A stretch of 64,000 nt of DNA from a bacterium. Its GTDB lineage: Bacteria; Electryoneota; JAOADG01. The DNA lies in NCBI GenBank assembly GCA_963681965.1, contig OY820579.1, positions 960,001 through 1,024,000 on the forward strand, written 5' to 3'. The notes under the pieces are model-generated. The model was not told where the DNA came from, searched no databases, and was given only the letters and a program-made list of their open reading frames with translations. Below are positions 28,816-39,083 of the stretch, in pieces. A program made the translations under genes and the position numbers. Every line of letters starts with the position of its first letter. The stretch's first letter is position 1.

Positions 28816-31470
28816 ATGAAAAAAACGCTATTCGGTCTTGCGTTTCTAATTATGCTGGTTGGATCGGCTCTCGCCAATCCAATTGGTTTTGACTTTGCGA
28901 CATTCGACGTTAACGGCGAAGTACTCTACACGATTATGTATAATGGCAGCCCGGTTCCTCAGGGAAGCTTGTTACAGGTCATTCGTCCGAACGGCACGTT
29001 ACATGCCCCATCTGAAGCCGCTGGCGATCTTGGTGCAGTATCTGGTGGTGACATCATCAATTCGCAATGGCAAATTGGTGAAGGTACCGGTGCCGATGGT
29101 TTGTTTGCGTTGTTCCTAACGGGTCAATCTTCTGCCCCGAACAATACGCAAAATGCCACTTCGTTGAATGCTGGAACCAATTTCTACGTTCGTATTTGGG
29201 CTGATGTATCACTCGGCGCTTCGGCTCCGTTTGCCTCCGGCTCACATTACGTTGACGGTGGTCCGTATATCGTACCGACTGCTGACGGTTCTTTGTGGGA
29301 TGTCCAAGTTAATCCGACTTCGGCTTCGCCGACTTGGTTGACTTGTGGTTCCGCAGTTCTTCCCGCAGCGATTTCGGTAACTGAAGTTGGCGGTGGCGCG
29401 ATTTCCGCTCCGTTGGATTTCGGTTCCTCGATTATGGGAACTCCGGTTACTCATACCATTCGTATTTCCAATACTGGTGGTTCGGATCTGACTCTTGCCG
29501 GTGGTGCAATTACCGGTGATTTCAGCTATTCCGCATTGACCAGCCCGGTTGCCGCTGGTGGACACCTTGACGTAACTCTTACGTTCAATCCGTCCGCTAC
29601 TGGTGCTCGCGTCGGCGTGTTTGGTTTCACGCACAATGCCGCAGGCAGCCCGTATTCCTTGAGCTTGACTGGTACCGGTCTTCCGGTTCCGGCTCCGGTT
29701 CTTGCCGTAACTGAAGTTGGCGGTGGCGCGATTTCCACCCCGTTAGATTTCGGTTCATCCGTAATTGGTACCCCGGTTACTCATACCATTCGCATTTCCA
29801 ATACTGGAACTGCCGATTTGACTTTGGGTACTGGTTCGATTACTGGCGATTTCAGCCATGCAGCATTGACTACTCCGATTGCCGCGGGTGGTCATATTGA
29901 CGTAGTTCTTACGTTCAATCCGACTGACCTAGGCGTTCGCCCCGGTTTGTTCGGCTTTACGCACAATGCTGGTGTTGCATATTCTCTAGCACTCACTGGT
30001 ACTGGTCTTCCGGTTCCGACTCCGGGTATTGCCGTCAGAATTGGTCTCGTTCCGGTTGGTGCATTGGTTCTGTTTGGTGCCGATACAATCGGTGGCGCCT
30101 CTGACCGCATTTTCACCGTTGAAAATACCGGTTCTGCGGAATTGGTCCTTAACACATTTGCCACGACCGGTGACTTTGCATTCGTTACCGCTCCGGCAGA
30201 TCCACTACCGGTCGCTGCTGGTGGAAACATTCAGTTTACCGTTCGCTTTACTCCGACAGTTGCCGGAACTCGCAATGGCACATTAACGTTCCAGCACAAT
30301 GCGACAGGTTCACCATTCTCCGTGAATCTTGAAGGCACTGGTACTACAGTAAACCGTTGGGCTGACGGTGGAAATAATACTGGCGACAACCCGCATCCGG
30401 GCGACAATGGGAATCCTTGGAATCCCTCGTTCCCACCAGATCCGGGAACGAATAATTTACCGCCAGTTCTCTTGGCGTTCAGCGGTAATGTTGGTGTTCA
30501 GCCGGTTCAGGTTGTAGTCAACTACGTGACCGATTATCCGACCGAATTGCCGGTTGGCGGTTTCACTGGTCCTGGCATCTTCAATCCGATGCCCTACAAT
30601 CCACTTGAAAACATTCAACGTTGGTGGAATATCAACCAGCTCGGTGGCTCAAGCTTCCGCGCCCGTGTTGAACTCTATTTCACTGACAACGATCTGCCGG
30701 TTGGTTTCGGCGATCCACGTACGCATACCCCACGGTTGATGGCATTGGCTTATCACCTTGGCGTGTGGCAGTACTACTATCCGGTAATCGATCTGTACGC
30801 TGCTGGCTCGCCAAACGTATGGCGCGCAACGATGTATAACGTACAGCAGTTCTCGACTTGGACGTTGACCGCTCAGCCAGTTACCCCGGTAACCGCGTTG
30901 ACGATGGACGCTTCGGCAGGTGACCGTCAGGTTACGTTGCATTGGAGTGTTGCGACCGAAGTCAATAACTGGGGCTTTGAGATCGAGCGTAAGCTTGCCG
31001 ACGATCCGACGAGCAATTGGACGCTAGTTCATCAAGAACTTTCCAAGGCTGATGGTGGCAACAGTGCAGTACCGTTAAACTACTACTATGTTGACAGCTA
31101 CAATCTTGAAAACGGTCGTACGTATTCCTATCGTATTACCGACAAGGCACTTGATGGCTCTGTCACGTCGAATACTTCACGCACGGTAACGCCGCATGCG
31201 GCAGTCGTGAATGAATATTCGTTGTCGAACTACCCGAACCCGTTCAACCCGACTACCCGAATTGCATATTCGATGGTATCGGAAGGCAATGTCAAGATCA
31301 CTGTCACCAATATTATGGGACAGACGATTGCGACGTTAGTGAATGGCTCGGCGAAGCGCGGCACGCATTATGTAAATTGGAATGCTAGCGACATGCCGTC
31401 GGGAATTTATTTCCTCCGCATGGAAACTACTGGTTTCAATACGATGCGCAAGATGGTACTCTCCAAGTAG
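28816..31470 (+). CDS. Secreted protein with three choice-of-anchor-D-like domains and T9SS/FlgD-type C-terminal domain
   Basis: Signal peptide; LDFG...ISNTG repeats; W..ATEVNNWGFEIER; NYPNPFNPTT...SGIYF...KMVLSK. Confidence 0.88.
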   Translation: MKKTLFGLAFLIMLVGSALANPIGFDFATFDVNGEVLYTIMYNGSPVPQGSLLQVIRPNGTLHAPSEAAGDLGAVSGGDIINSQWQIGEGTGADGLFALFLTGQSSAPNNTQNATSLNAGTNFYVRIWADVSLGASAPFASGSHYVDGGPYIVPTADGSLWDVQVNPTSASPTWLTCGSAVLPAAISVTEVGGGAISAPLDFGSSIMGTPVTHTIRISNTGGSDLTLAGGAITGDFSYSALTSPVAAGGHLDVTLTFNPSATGARVGVFGFTHNAAGSPYSLSLTGTGLPVPAPVLAVTEVGGGAISTPLDFGSSVIGTPVTHTIRISNTGTADLTLGTGSITGDFSHAALTTPIAAGGHIDVVLTFNPTDLGVRPGLFGFTHNAGVAYSLALTGTGLPVPTPGIAVRIGLVPVGALVLFGADTIGGASDRIFTVENTGSAELVLNTFATTGDFAFVTAPADPLPVAAGGNIQFTVRFTPTVAGTRNGTLTFQHNATGSPFSVNLEGTGTTVNRWADGGNNTGDNPHPGDNGNPWNPSFPPDPGTNNLPPVLLAFSGNVGVQPVQVVVNYVTDYPTELPVGGFTGPGIFNPMPYNPLENIQRWWNINQLGGSSFRARVELYFTDNDLPVGFGDPRTHTPRLMALAYHLGVWQYYYPVIDLYAAGSPNVWRATMYNVQQFSTWTLTAQPVTPVTALTMDASAGDRQVTLHWSVATEVNNWGFEIERKLADDPTSNWTLVHQELSKADGGNSAVPLNYYYVDSYNLENGRTYSYRITDKALDGSVTSNTSRTVTPHAAVVNEYSLSNYPNPFNPTTRIAYSMVSEGNVKITVTNIMGQTIATLVNGSAKRGTHYVNWNASDMPSGIYFLRMETTGFNTMRKMVLSK
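29377..30030 (+). repeat. Tandem ~330-nt intragenic duplication
   Basis: GTAACTGAAGTTGGCGGTGGCGCGATTTCC starts at both 29377 and 29707; the encoded domains are near-identical. Confidence 0.9.
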
Positions 31471-31488
31471 TCTATCTTTATTCGAGCG

Positions 31489-31515
31489 AAACGGGGCTGG
31501 CAACAGCCCCGTTTT
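31489..31515 (+). terminator. Intrinsic terminator
   Basis: AAACGGGGCTG-GCAA-CAGCCCCGTTTT. Confidence 0.8.
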
Positions 31516-31664
31516 GTTATTTATGGGAACATTCAATTTAACAGCCGAAAATGTATCGTGAATGCCGCAAGGATTGAAAGTGTATCATGAGTCATGGAAT
31601 GTATCGATTTATTGTTGCGGCAGTGTAAAATGGCATACAGACGTAAAAATTGGAATTCAGCAGA

Positions 31665-32576
31665 ATGAACCGTGATAAGTTGACGATCGCCATTTCGGGT
31701 ACGCACGGATTGATCGGAAAATGCTTGATCGAGCGTTTCCGTAAAATTGGATTCGACGTAAAAAGGATTGTCAGGTTCCCTGAAAAGAGTGCCGATTCAA
31801 TTTACATCGATACGAAAAGTGATCGATACGAAAAATCGACTTTTTCAGGTGTCGATGTCGTCATTCATTTAGCCGGTGCAAGTATAGGCGATGGTCGATG
31901 GACCGCGAAACGCAAACAAGAAATAATCGACAGCAGAGTGATCAGTACGACTGGAATCGCAGAATCAATTAGCTATTCCGAATCAAAACCTTCACTATTC
32001 ATTTGCGCTTCGGCAATTGGTTTTTACGGCAATACTGGTGATTGTATCGTAACGGAATCAACGCCAGCCGGTACCGGATTTTTGGCAGATGTGTGTCAAG
32101 CGTGGGAGAATGCTGCCGCTCGTGCCGCTTCGGTCGATACTCGGGTGGTTCACGCCCGTTTAGGAGTTGTGTTGTCGCCAGACGGCGGCGTCCTTCAGCG
32201 AATGATTCCACTATTTAAATTCGGTATCGGTGGACAACTGGGGAACGGAAACCAATATCTGAGTTGGATTTCAATCGAAGATGTGGCTCGAACATTCGAG
32301 CATTGTATTCGTCACGATAATTTATGCGGTGCCGTTAATTTTGTTTCTCCGGAACCGGTCACGAATCGCGATTTCACGCGAGCGCTGGCTGAATTCGTTC
32401 GTCGACCGGCGCTGCTAACTGTCCCGGAATTTGCGCTAAAGCTGCTTATGGGTGAGATGGCTCAATCGCTGTTGCTTGATAGTTGTCGCGCGATACCGGA
32501 AAAATTGCAGCAAACGGGATTTGAATTTCTGAATCCATCACTTAAATCGGTCTTGCACAGAATTAACCGTCACTAA
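31665..32576 (+). CDS. NAD-dependent epimerase (TIGR01777/YfcH family)
   Basis: SGTHGLIG, IHLAGASI..RWT..RKQEIIDSRV, ASAIGFYG, GFLADVCQAWE, SWISIED. Confidence 0.9.
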   Translation: MNRDKLTIAISGTHGLIGKCLIERFRKIGFDVKRIVRFPEKSADSIYIDTKSDRYEKSTFSGVDVVIHLAGASIGDGRWTAKRKQEIIDSRVISTTGIAESISYSESKPSLFICASAIGFYGNTGDCIVTESTPAGTGFLADVCQAWENAAARAASVDTRVVHARLGVVLSPDGGVLQRMIPLFKFGIGGQLGNGNQYLSWISIEDVARTFEHCIRHDNLCGAVNFVSPEPVTNRDFTRALAEFVRRPALLTVPEFALKLLMGEMAQSLLLDSCRAIPEKLQQTGFEFLNPSLKSVLHRINRH

Positions 32577-32692
32577 TCGATGAAATACTTAGAAAACTGG
32601 AATAAGAGAACAAAAAATCAGTACGACTTTACCAAAAGAAATAGTATATTGAATGCATCCGAACAAAGATTCTCTAAGAGCCAACTCGAACA

Positions 32693-33979
32693 ATGAATAC
32701 AAAGAATTCCAATCGGCAAATCGTGGGTGAATGTGTGGTCTCATTGTTAAGAAAATATCGATATTTCGCCTTGACTACTCTGATCATATTGAGTAGTTCG
32801 ATACTGCTATCCGGATGTATCCAAAAACGATTCACGATTGAAGGAAAGTTGCTCGCGCTAGGTTCGCAAAGCCCGTTGCGACAAGTAGCGCTACGCGTGG
32901 TGAAACTGCAGGATGGCACATCGCAACTAGCTGGCACCGACGATGAAGGAGTTTACTCGATCGAACGACTTGTTCCGGGAAAATATCTGATTGCATCGGC
33001 TGATACTTCGAAATATCTGATCAGTCCCGACACGATTGTCGTCAACGAGAATGGCAATCGAACGCAAAAAGTAAAACCGCTTCGAGGATTAATTACCCCA
33101 CCGGCTCCCGGTGTATATGCTTGGGTTTCTACCGCTTGGCGGGAAATTTCCCCGTATCGCGGACCCGACGATGGTTTGTCGATTACGCGCGATGCGGCGA
33201 ATCGCTTGGTTACAATTCCGGAAAGCGCGTCGCTCATTGTCTGGGAACCCAATCACGAATGGCTAGGGGAATCGAATTCAGTCGATTGGTTGATGGCGAG
33301 CTTTGCGGATAGTTCCGCCCGATTTATCGATGCGGTATTGCACGAGCGAACGCCGAAGGGGGAACCGGTTCCGATGGATCCCAGCACCTTCACCGATTGG
33401 AAAATGCCCGGTGTGATGCCGTTGCGCGGACCCACCTTGCCGAATTTGTACGCAATTATCGTAACCACGACATTGGAAAATGGCAAACAAGATCGTGTCC
33501 TCTATCCATTTTGGATCCCGATCTCAGCCGGATCTCCACGACTATCCTCAGCGATTCAATCGGCACCGGTTGTAACGAATCCAGTCATTACCGGGTCGGT
33601 TTCGACGATGCTTCAGACGAATGTTAATCGCAACGATACTACTTCGCAGGCAACGCGCGATCTATTTCAACAGGCGTTGAATGCAGCACTGACAGCAGTC
33701 GGTTTGAAACCGCAATCGGGAGTTTCATTATCGACACCACCCAATTCCAGCGATTCGACTGCGACTTCGCAACCCACCGATACCCCTCAACGATCAGATA
33801 TTACTCAAGATCAGATCAATCGGTGGCGGGAAGAAATCCGGAAAGCACGCACCGATCCCGATACTTTTCGGCGTCGTCAGTTGTGGCGTGCGATTCGCGA
33901 TAGCGCCGAAGGGACGGAAGTAGGGTACGAAGCCGATCGATTGTTGATGCGCGATATAAATGGATTACCGTTGAAATGA
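32693..33979 (+). CDS. Hypothetical lipoprotein with N-terminal carboxypeptidase-regulatory-like Ig domain
   Basis: Lipobox LLSGC; TDDEGVYSIERLVPGKYLI; start codon uncertain. Confidence 0.65.
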   Translation: MNTKNSNRQIVGECVVSLLRKYRYFALTTLIILSSSILLSGCIQKRFTIEGKLLALGSQSPLRQVALRVVKLQDGTSQLAGTDDEGVYSIERLVPGKYLIASADTSKYLISPDTIVVNENGNRTQKVKPLRGLITPPAPGVYAWVSTAWREISPYRGPDDGLSITRDAANRLVTIPESASLIVWEPNHEWLGESNSVDWLMASFADSSARFIDAVLHERTPKGEPVPMDPSTFTDWKMPGVMPLRGPTLPNLYAIIVTTTLENGKQDRVLYPFWIPISAGSPRLSSAIQSAPVVTNPVITGSVSTMLQTNVNRNDTTSQATRDLFQQALNAALTAVGLKPQSGVSLSTPPNSSDSTATSQPTDTPQRSDITQDQINRWREEIRKARTDPDTFRRRQLWRAIRDSAEGTEVGYEADRLLMRDINGLPLK

Positions 33980-34004
33980 TTGATTGAGTTGCGGGATGAT
34001 TTAC

Positions 34005-34982
34005 TTACCACTGGTAAATGAGGTGGGTAGATCCTGCTTTGGGGAGTGGTTCAGCGTCGAATGTCATGCCCCAATCGCGGGCTAGCTGCTCGGATCGATG
34101 CAAGTAAATCACCGGAATACCGCGTTTCAAGTAATATCCCATCATACTGGCAGATTCACCATTCCGTAATTCAATTCCGTGGGGCAACAGCCCGGCACCA
34201 ACATCTTTCATCTCTTCCGAACCCAACGCCGCAATATTACCACCGATAAAAATAGTGGCTAGGATCGGTCCATCATCCTCTAAGAGACGAATTCGTGTCT
34301 CGATTTGTTCATGTAACGATTTGGTCACTAGCGGAGTTTTATCGTTTCGTCGCATGGCACGGTCGATTGCCTTTTTTCCGGCAGATTGCAGCGAATTTCC
34401 CCGGTCGCCTCCCGCACCGTAGGTTACGACATCGATTTCCGGCCAATCGGGGATTTTTTTGCGGATTTCACGATCAAGATCGAGTAAGGTAAAGTTGGGT
34501 TCCGTCATTCCCCATTCCGATGCGGCGATGGAAAATTGGATCACTGGTTTGGCTCCGATTGCGCGAACGGCACAAAGAGCGGCTATATTAAAGCCAGGGA
34601 AACTACCGGTAGCGACGATTGCCACTGGATCATCGGGTTGTACTCCGGCTTCATACAGCCAGCGCACGACCAAAGCGGCAAAGTCGGGTACACAAGCCGT
34701 CCGTTTGGCAGACAATTGTCCGAGAGTTGAGACGAGTGGACTGTCATCGGGACCGATAAGACCAGTTCGATTGGGATCGATGTCGGTATCGATCGGACCG
34801 ACCCAGCGAAGGTGTGCATCGCGCGAGATCTGTAAAACGCGATCCATCTCAGATGCAGCCGATCGCATTTTGCGCAGGAGAGCTTCCCGGGATAATAACT
34901 GTTTCGGCGGCTCGGCGCAGACGATCGCAACGCCGAAGAACAACATCAGTGCGAGGAGACCGTGAATTTTCCAACAGCGCAT
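34005..34982 (-). CDS. pgsW: Poly-gamma-glutamate system protein (PgsW-like)
   Basis: DPNRTGLIG..SPLVSTLGQLSAKRT..PDFAA..TGSFPG.NIA..ASEWG..GG..A..G..GIPVI pattern typical of this family. Confidence 0.8.
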   Translation of the reverse strand: MRCWKIHGLLALMLFFGVAIVCAEPPKQLLSREALLRKMRSAASEMDRVLQISRDAHLRWVGPIDTDIDPNRTGLIGPDDSPLVSTLGQLSAKRTACVPDFAALVVRWLYEAGVQPDDPVAIVATGSFPGFNIAALCAVRAIGAKPVIQFSIAASEWGMTEPNFTLLDLDREIRKKIPDWPEIDVVTYGAGGDRGNSLQSAGKKAIDRAMRRNDKTPLVTKSLHEQIETRIRLLEDDGPILATIFIGGNIAALGSEEMKDVGAGLLPHGIELRNGESASMMGYYLKRGIPVIYLHRSEQLARDWGMTFDAEPLPKAGSTHLIYQW

Positions 34983-36686
34983 TATTCGCGCACCTTCACT
35001 TTCTTATTGATTGGGATATGCGTTTTGTTACTATCATGTGCACCTAAGAAAGTAACAGTGCCGCGCCCAGCATCCAAACAGCACTTTTCTCCATGTGTTC
35101 CGCTGACCGGAGCTAGCGGAATGGCAGTTACCGCTCACCCGATTGCATCAAAACTAGCAGCCAACGTTTTAACGTCGGGCGGTAATGCCGCGGCAGCGGG
35201 AATCACTGCGCTGAGTGCATTATCGGTGGTGGAACCACATGCCAGTGGAATGGGCGGTGGTGGCTATGCTCTCTATTACGACGCTAAAACCAAGCAAGTT
35301 AGTTTAATCGATTACCGCGAAACCGCTCCAGCGGGTGTCGTACCGGAAACATACTACCAACCAGCCGATACATACCGAATTAAATTACAGGGCGGTGGAA
35401 CGGCAATTCTAACACCGGGAGCGTGGCTCGGTTGGGAAACCTTGGCGAAAAATCACGCGAATCGTCAAATCTCCGAGTTGTTACCATCAGTTGCGGCATT
35501 AGCTGACAGTGGGTACGTACCTAGTGAAAAACAGAAAACGATGATTCTGGAGCACGTAGATGGATTGTCGCAGGATGATCGGTTTGCAAGCTATTTCTTC
35601 ACGCGCGATGAAGAGTTGAATCCGGTCGTGAACCGCCGAATTCGCTTCGAGGCACTCAGTAAAACCTACAGCAGTATTGCAAAGGCAAATTCGTTCACGA
35701 TCCTGCGAACGGAACCATACCGTGATCAGATTGTGACTGCCGTACGCAATGCCGGTGGTGCACTGGCAGCAACCGACCTCGAAAACTTTCGCGTGACCGA
35801 GCGGAAACCGGTGAAAATTACTTATCGCGGTTACGAGATCTATACCATCCCGATGCCATCGGCAGGTGGTACGTCGGTAGCGCTGGCGCTGAAAATGCTG
35901 GAAGGGGTGGATTTACGCGCAATGGGGTGGCAATCTGCCGACGCGATTCATTTGATTGCAGAAGCCATTCGCCAAGGGATGACCGATGGTTATGCTTGGG
36001 GCGGCGATCCGCAATTCGTCTCTTCTTATACCGATAGCATCTTGGGTCCGACATACGCTTCCAAAGCACTTCAAAAAATTCCGCGCGATAGCGTTCGCGA
36101 TCGGGCAACACCGTACGACACTACCACCGCACATGGCAACACAACGCACTTGGTGATTGCCGACCGCGACGGCGATCTCTTGTCGATTACTCAATCAATC
36201 AATTACTTCTTCGGTTCGAATGTGATCGACCACAATACCGGTATTCTGTTTAACAATCACGCTGCGGACTACGATTGGCGTCCCGGTCGCCGCAATTCGA
36301 TTGCTCCCGGTCGTCGACCGTCGAGTTGGATGTCGCCGGTGATCATTTTGAAGGATGGCAAACCTTGGTTAGTCGCTGGAACGCCTGGCGGTCCACGGAT
36401 TCCGGCAGTGATGGTGGAATTGCTCGTGGCATTGATCGACTTCGATAAACCGCTGAACGAGGCAATGGACGCGGCGAGATATTTCCCCAATGGTAAGTTT
36501 CTAGAGTTTGAACCCCGACTTCCCGATCCGACAGTGAAGGCACTTCAGAAGAAGGGCTGGAAAATGAAAGAGCGTGGTGTTGCCGATTCGTACTTTGGTG
36601 GCGCACAAGCGATTCAATTTTTACCGGATGGACGTAAAGTCGGCGTTGGCGATACTCGACGTGATGGCGCTCCTGCAGCAGAATAA
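34962..36686 (+). CDS. Gamma-glutamyltransferase family lipoprotein (CapD-like features)
   Basis: Lipobox LLSC; GGNA, VVEPHASGMGGGG, IDYRETAP, TTHL nucleophile, TPGG, DTRRDG. Confidence 0.92.
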   Translation: MNFPTAHYSRTFTFLLIGICVLLLSCAPKKVTVPRPASKQHFSPCVPLTGASGMAVTAHPIASKLAANVLTSGGNAAAAGITALSALSVVEPHASGMGGGGYALYYDAKTKQVSLIDYRETAPAGVVPETYYQPADTYRIKLQGGGTAILTPGAWLGWETLAKNHANRQISELLPSVAALADSGYVPSEKQKTMILEHVDGLSQDDRFASYFFTRDEELNPVVNRRIRFEALSKTYSSIAKANSFTILRTEPYRDQIVTAVRNAGGALAATDLENFRVTERKPVKITYRGYEIYTIPMPSAGGTSVALALKMLEGVDLRAMGWQSADAIHLIAEAIRQGMTDGYAWGGDPQFVSSYTDSILGPTYASKALQKIPRDSVRDRATPYDTTTAHGNTTHLVIADRDGDLLSITQSINYFFGSNVIDHNTGILFNNHAADYDWRPGRRNSIAPGRRPSSWMSPVIILKDGKPWLVAGTPGGPRIPAVMVELLVALIDFDKPLNEAMDAARYFPNGKFLEFEPRLPDPTVKALQKKGWKMKERGVADSYFGGAQAIQFLPDGRKVGVGDTRRDGAPAAE

Positions 36687-36709
36687 ACTGAGTATTTTTT
36701 TGTTTATAA

Positions 36710-36742
36710 TAAAACAGGGCATCAAAATGATGCCCTGTTTTA
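36710..36742. terminator. Bidirectional terminator between convergent genes
   Basis: TAAAACAGGGCATCA-AAA-TGATGCCCTGTTTTA. Confidence 0.85.
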
Positions 36743-36764
36743 TATAACGAAAAAGTATTATGAC

Positions 36765-37823
36765 TTACCGATTTCGAGCTAATCGAAAACCGTTATATCC
36801 TGGTTCATCCGCAGGCGTCCACGCGCGATTATAATTGATGTACACAGCAACTTGTTGATCGAAATTCCCGCCAGCAAACTGGCATCCGCCGCGCAACACC
36901 TTGTAAGATCCAGTTGCACTGCCTTTCGGATTTAGCTTCGAAGAAGAAGTATAGGCACTGTAAAAATCCCAAACCCATTCTCGCGCACCGCTATTCATAT
37001 CAAACAATTCGAATAGACCGATCCCAAGGTCGTAGCTAGCGATGTGATTGAGACCGAATTGTCCTATCGGACAATAATATAATGGATCTCTTAAACTAAG
37101 TGGTACATAAAAATTGTTACCTCGAGAGTTGAAACTACATCGAGGTCTGTGATTCGTTGTGTCGTAGAATGGAACATCACCCCAAGCGTAAATAGTCTGA
37201 TCTGAACCGTTGCTGGCAGCATATTCCCATTCAGCTTCAGTCGGTAATCGATAACCATTTTTCGTAGTATCCCAAAGGACTGTACGTGTTCCACCGATAG
37301 TGGTGTCTTTGTAAACGGAATCCAGTCCTTCGAGTTTACTCCGCCAGTTCGCATAGTGAATTGCACCATACCAGGTGATACCCATCGTTGCACAATTGTC
37401 TCTGGCTGGAGTAGTGGAGTACCAATAGATCAGATCGCCACTCGGCGGGATTAACGGATCGAGTGGAGTTAATTCTACGGGAAGATTGGGGTTAGCATTT
37501 ACATACGCCCGGAAAGCCGCATTTGTGACTTCGTATTTATCGAGAATGAAGCTATTGACCGTCACCTGAAAAGTTGGTCTGGCAACGCTTCCACAGTCCG
37601 GAGTCGGTGTGCCGGTTCGCCAGCCCATCGTAAAGGTACCACCGGGAATTACTTTTTGCTCGCCATATTGAAGCCCATCGCTACCGCGTGTTTCTGGCCA
37701 ACGCCATTCGCCGGGTTGTTTTTGGGTTTGCTGGTCGTCGGAACTGGAATTTTTTCCACAACCGATAAACAAGGGTATGATCAATAGGATACAAAAAAGA
37801 AATGCCCGGGTGTAGCGTTTCAT
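36765..37823 (-). CDS. FGE-sulfatase/SUMF1-family (C-type lectin fold) lipoprotein
   Basis: Lipobox FIGC; GGTFTMG, YEVTN, YRLPTEAEWEYAA, EWVWD, VLRGG, GFRLAR. Confidence 0.88.
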   Translation of the reverse strand: MKRYTRAFLFCILLIIPLFIGCGKNSSSDDQQTQKQPGEWRWPETRGSDGLQYGEQKVIPGGTFTMGWRTGTPTPDCGSVARPTFQVTVNSFILDKYEVTNAAFRAYVNANPNLPVELTPLDPLIPPSGDLIYWYSTTPARDNCATMGITWYGAIHYANWRSKLEGLDSVYKDTTIGGTRTVLWDTTKNGYRLPTEAEWEYAASNGSDQTIYAWGDVPFYDTTNHRPRCSFNSRGNNFYVPLSLRDPLYYCPIGQFGLNHIASYDLGIGLFELFDMNSGAREWVWDFYSAYTSSSKLNPKGSATGSYKVLRGGCQFAGGNFDQQVAVYINYNRAWTPADEPGYNGFRLARNR

Positions 37824-38036
37824 ATATTCTCCAGACGATTCAAATTAGAATTGCTCAATCCATACGTATTATGTTTACCAATCGGCAAGGAAACCTTGAT
37901 GTATTCGACAATATAAAACAACTAAACGCCAAAAGCGCAATCGAAAACAAATTGATTGGTTGAAAAGTGTTGTGGTCTGTCACAAAAAGTGATTGAAAAC
38001 GTTTTCTATCGTGCACAGCGAAATTGAAAGGTAGTT

Positions 38037-38882
38037 ATGAAGATCGGAAGTTACGCGGTTAGCGCGTTGGAAACCGGGATTTATGCTCTGGATGGTGGTG
38101 CGATGTTTGGGGTCGTTCCGAAATTGATGTGGCAGGAAAAGACCACATCCGACGACCGAAATCGAATTCCGCTTGCGCTGCGGACGATGTTGATCCAAGG
38201 GGAAGGTCGGAATATTTTGGTCGATGCCGGTATTGGTGCAAAATGGTCGCGGAAAATGCTCGATCTATACGGAATTGAGCAACCTGTGCAACCGCTTGAA
38301 GACGCTTTGGCTGCGTGTAATCTTACCCCGGCAGATATCACCGATTTAATCGTTACGCATTTGCATTTCGATCATGCCGGTGGGGCGACAAAATACGATT
38401 TAGACAGGAATGTTGTTCCAACCTTGCCCAATGCGCGAGTACATATTCAAAAATCGAATTGGGATCACGCACAACATCCGAATGAAAAGGATCGTGCCAG
38501 TTACCTTCCCGACAACTTCATACCCTTGATGGAAGCCGGACTTGTTGAGATGTGGGAGGGTGAATGCGAGATTTTACCGGGTGTTACCGTAATTCCCTCG
38601 AATGGTCACACAATTGGACAACAATTGGTTTTGGTCGGTCGGGGTTATGATGCGGTCTTGTACTGCGGAGATTTAATTCCAACACGGGCTCACTTGCCGA
38701 TTCCCTGGGTAATGGGGTACGATCTGTATCCACTAACGACGATCGAAGAGAAAAAAACACTGTTAAGACGGGCTAGTGAAGAACAATGGACCCTCTTTTT
38801 CGAGCACGACCCGAAAATAACGTCTTGCAAGATTGACTGGACGGATACCGGTGCTCAAGTAACTGCAACTAATTTATTTTAA
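38037..38882 (+). CDS. MBL-fold metallo-hydrolase (YtnP-like)
   Basis: LDGGAMFGVVPK, THLHFDHAGG, GHT, GDLIP, MGYDLYP, FEHD. Confidence 0.92.
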   Translation: MKIGSYAVSALETGIYALDGGAMFGVVPKLMWQEKTTSDDRNRIPLALRTMLIQGEGRNILVDAGIGAKWSRKMLDLYGIEQPVQPLEDALAACNLTPADITDLIVTHLHFDHAGGATKYDLDRNVVPTLPNARVHIQKSNWDHAQHPNEKDRASYLPDNFIPLMEAGLVEMWEGECEILPGVTVIPSNGHTIGQQLVLVGRGYDAVLYCGDLIPTRAHLPIPWVMGYDLYPLTTIEEKKTLLRRASEEQWTLFFEHDPKITSCKIDWTDTGAQVTATNLF

Positions 38883-39083
38883 ACGACAAACAATATTTCT
38901 TGTATAAACAATAATATAGTAGATTCGAGGTAATGGTAATCGGAGGGGGATACGGCAGAATCCCTCGAAGAGATTGTATCGACAAGGGATGCAAATCGTC
39001 CAAAGGCTAAAGTTTTTGTTAAAGCGACTCGATAAAAGAGTTGGATTGATGCTTTAATGATTCTTCACAGAAGGAGTGCGATT

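Noticed and set aside
36765-36900. FGE-sulfatase C-terminus as a diversity-generating retroelement variable region
   Set aside because: The fold is a common DGR target, but no template repeat or reverse transcriptase is visible in the window, and the downstream hairpin is explained as a terminator
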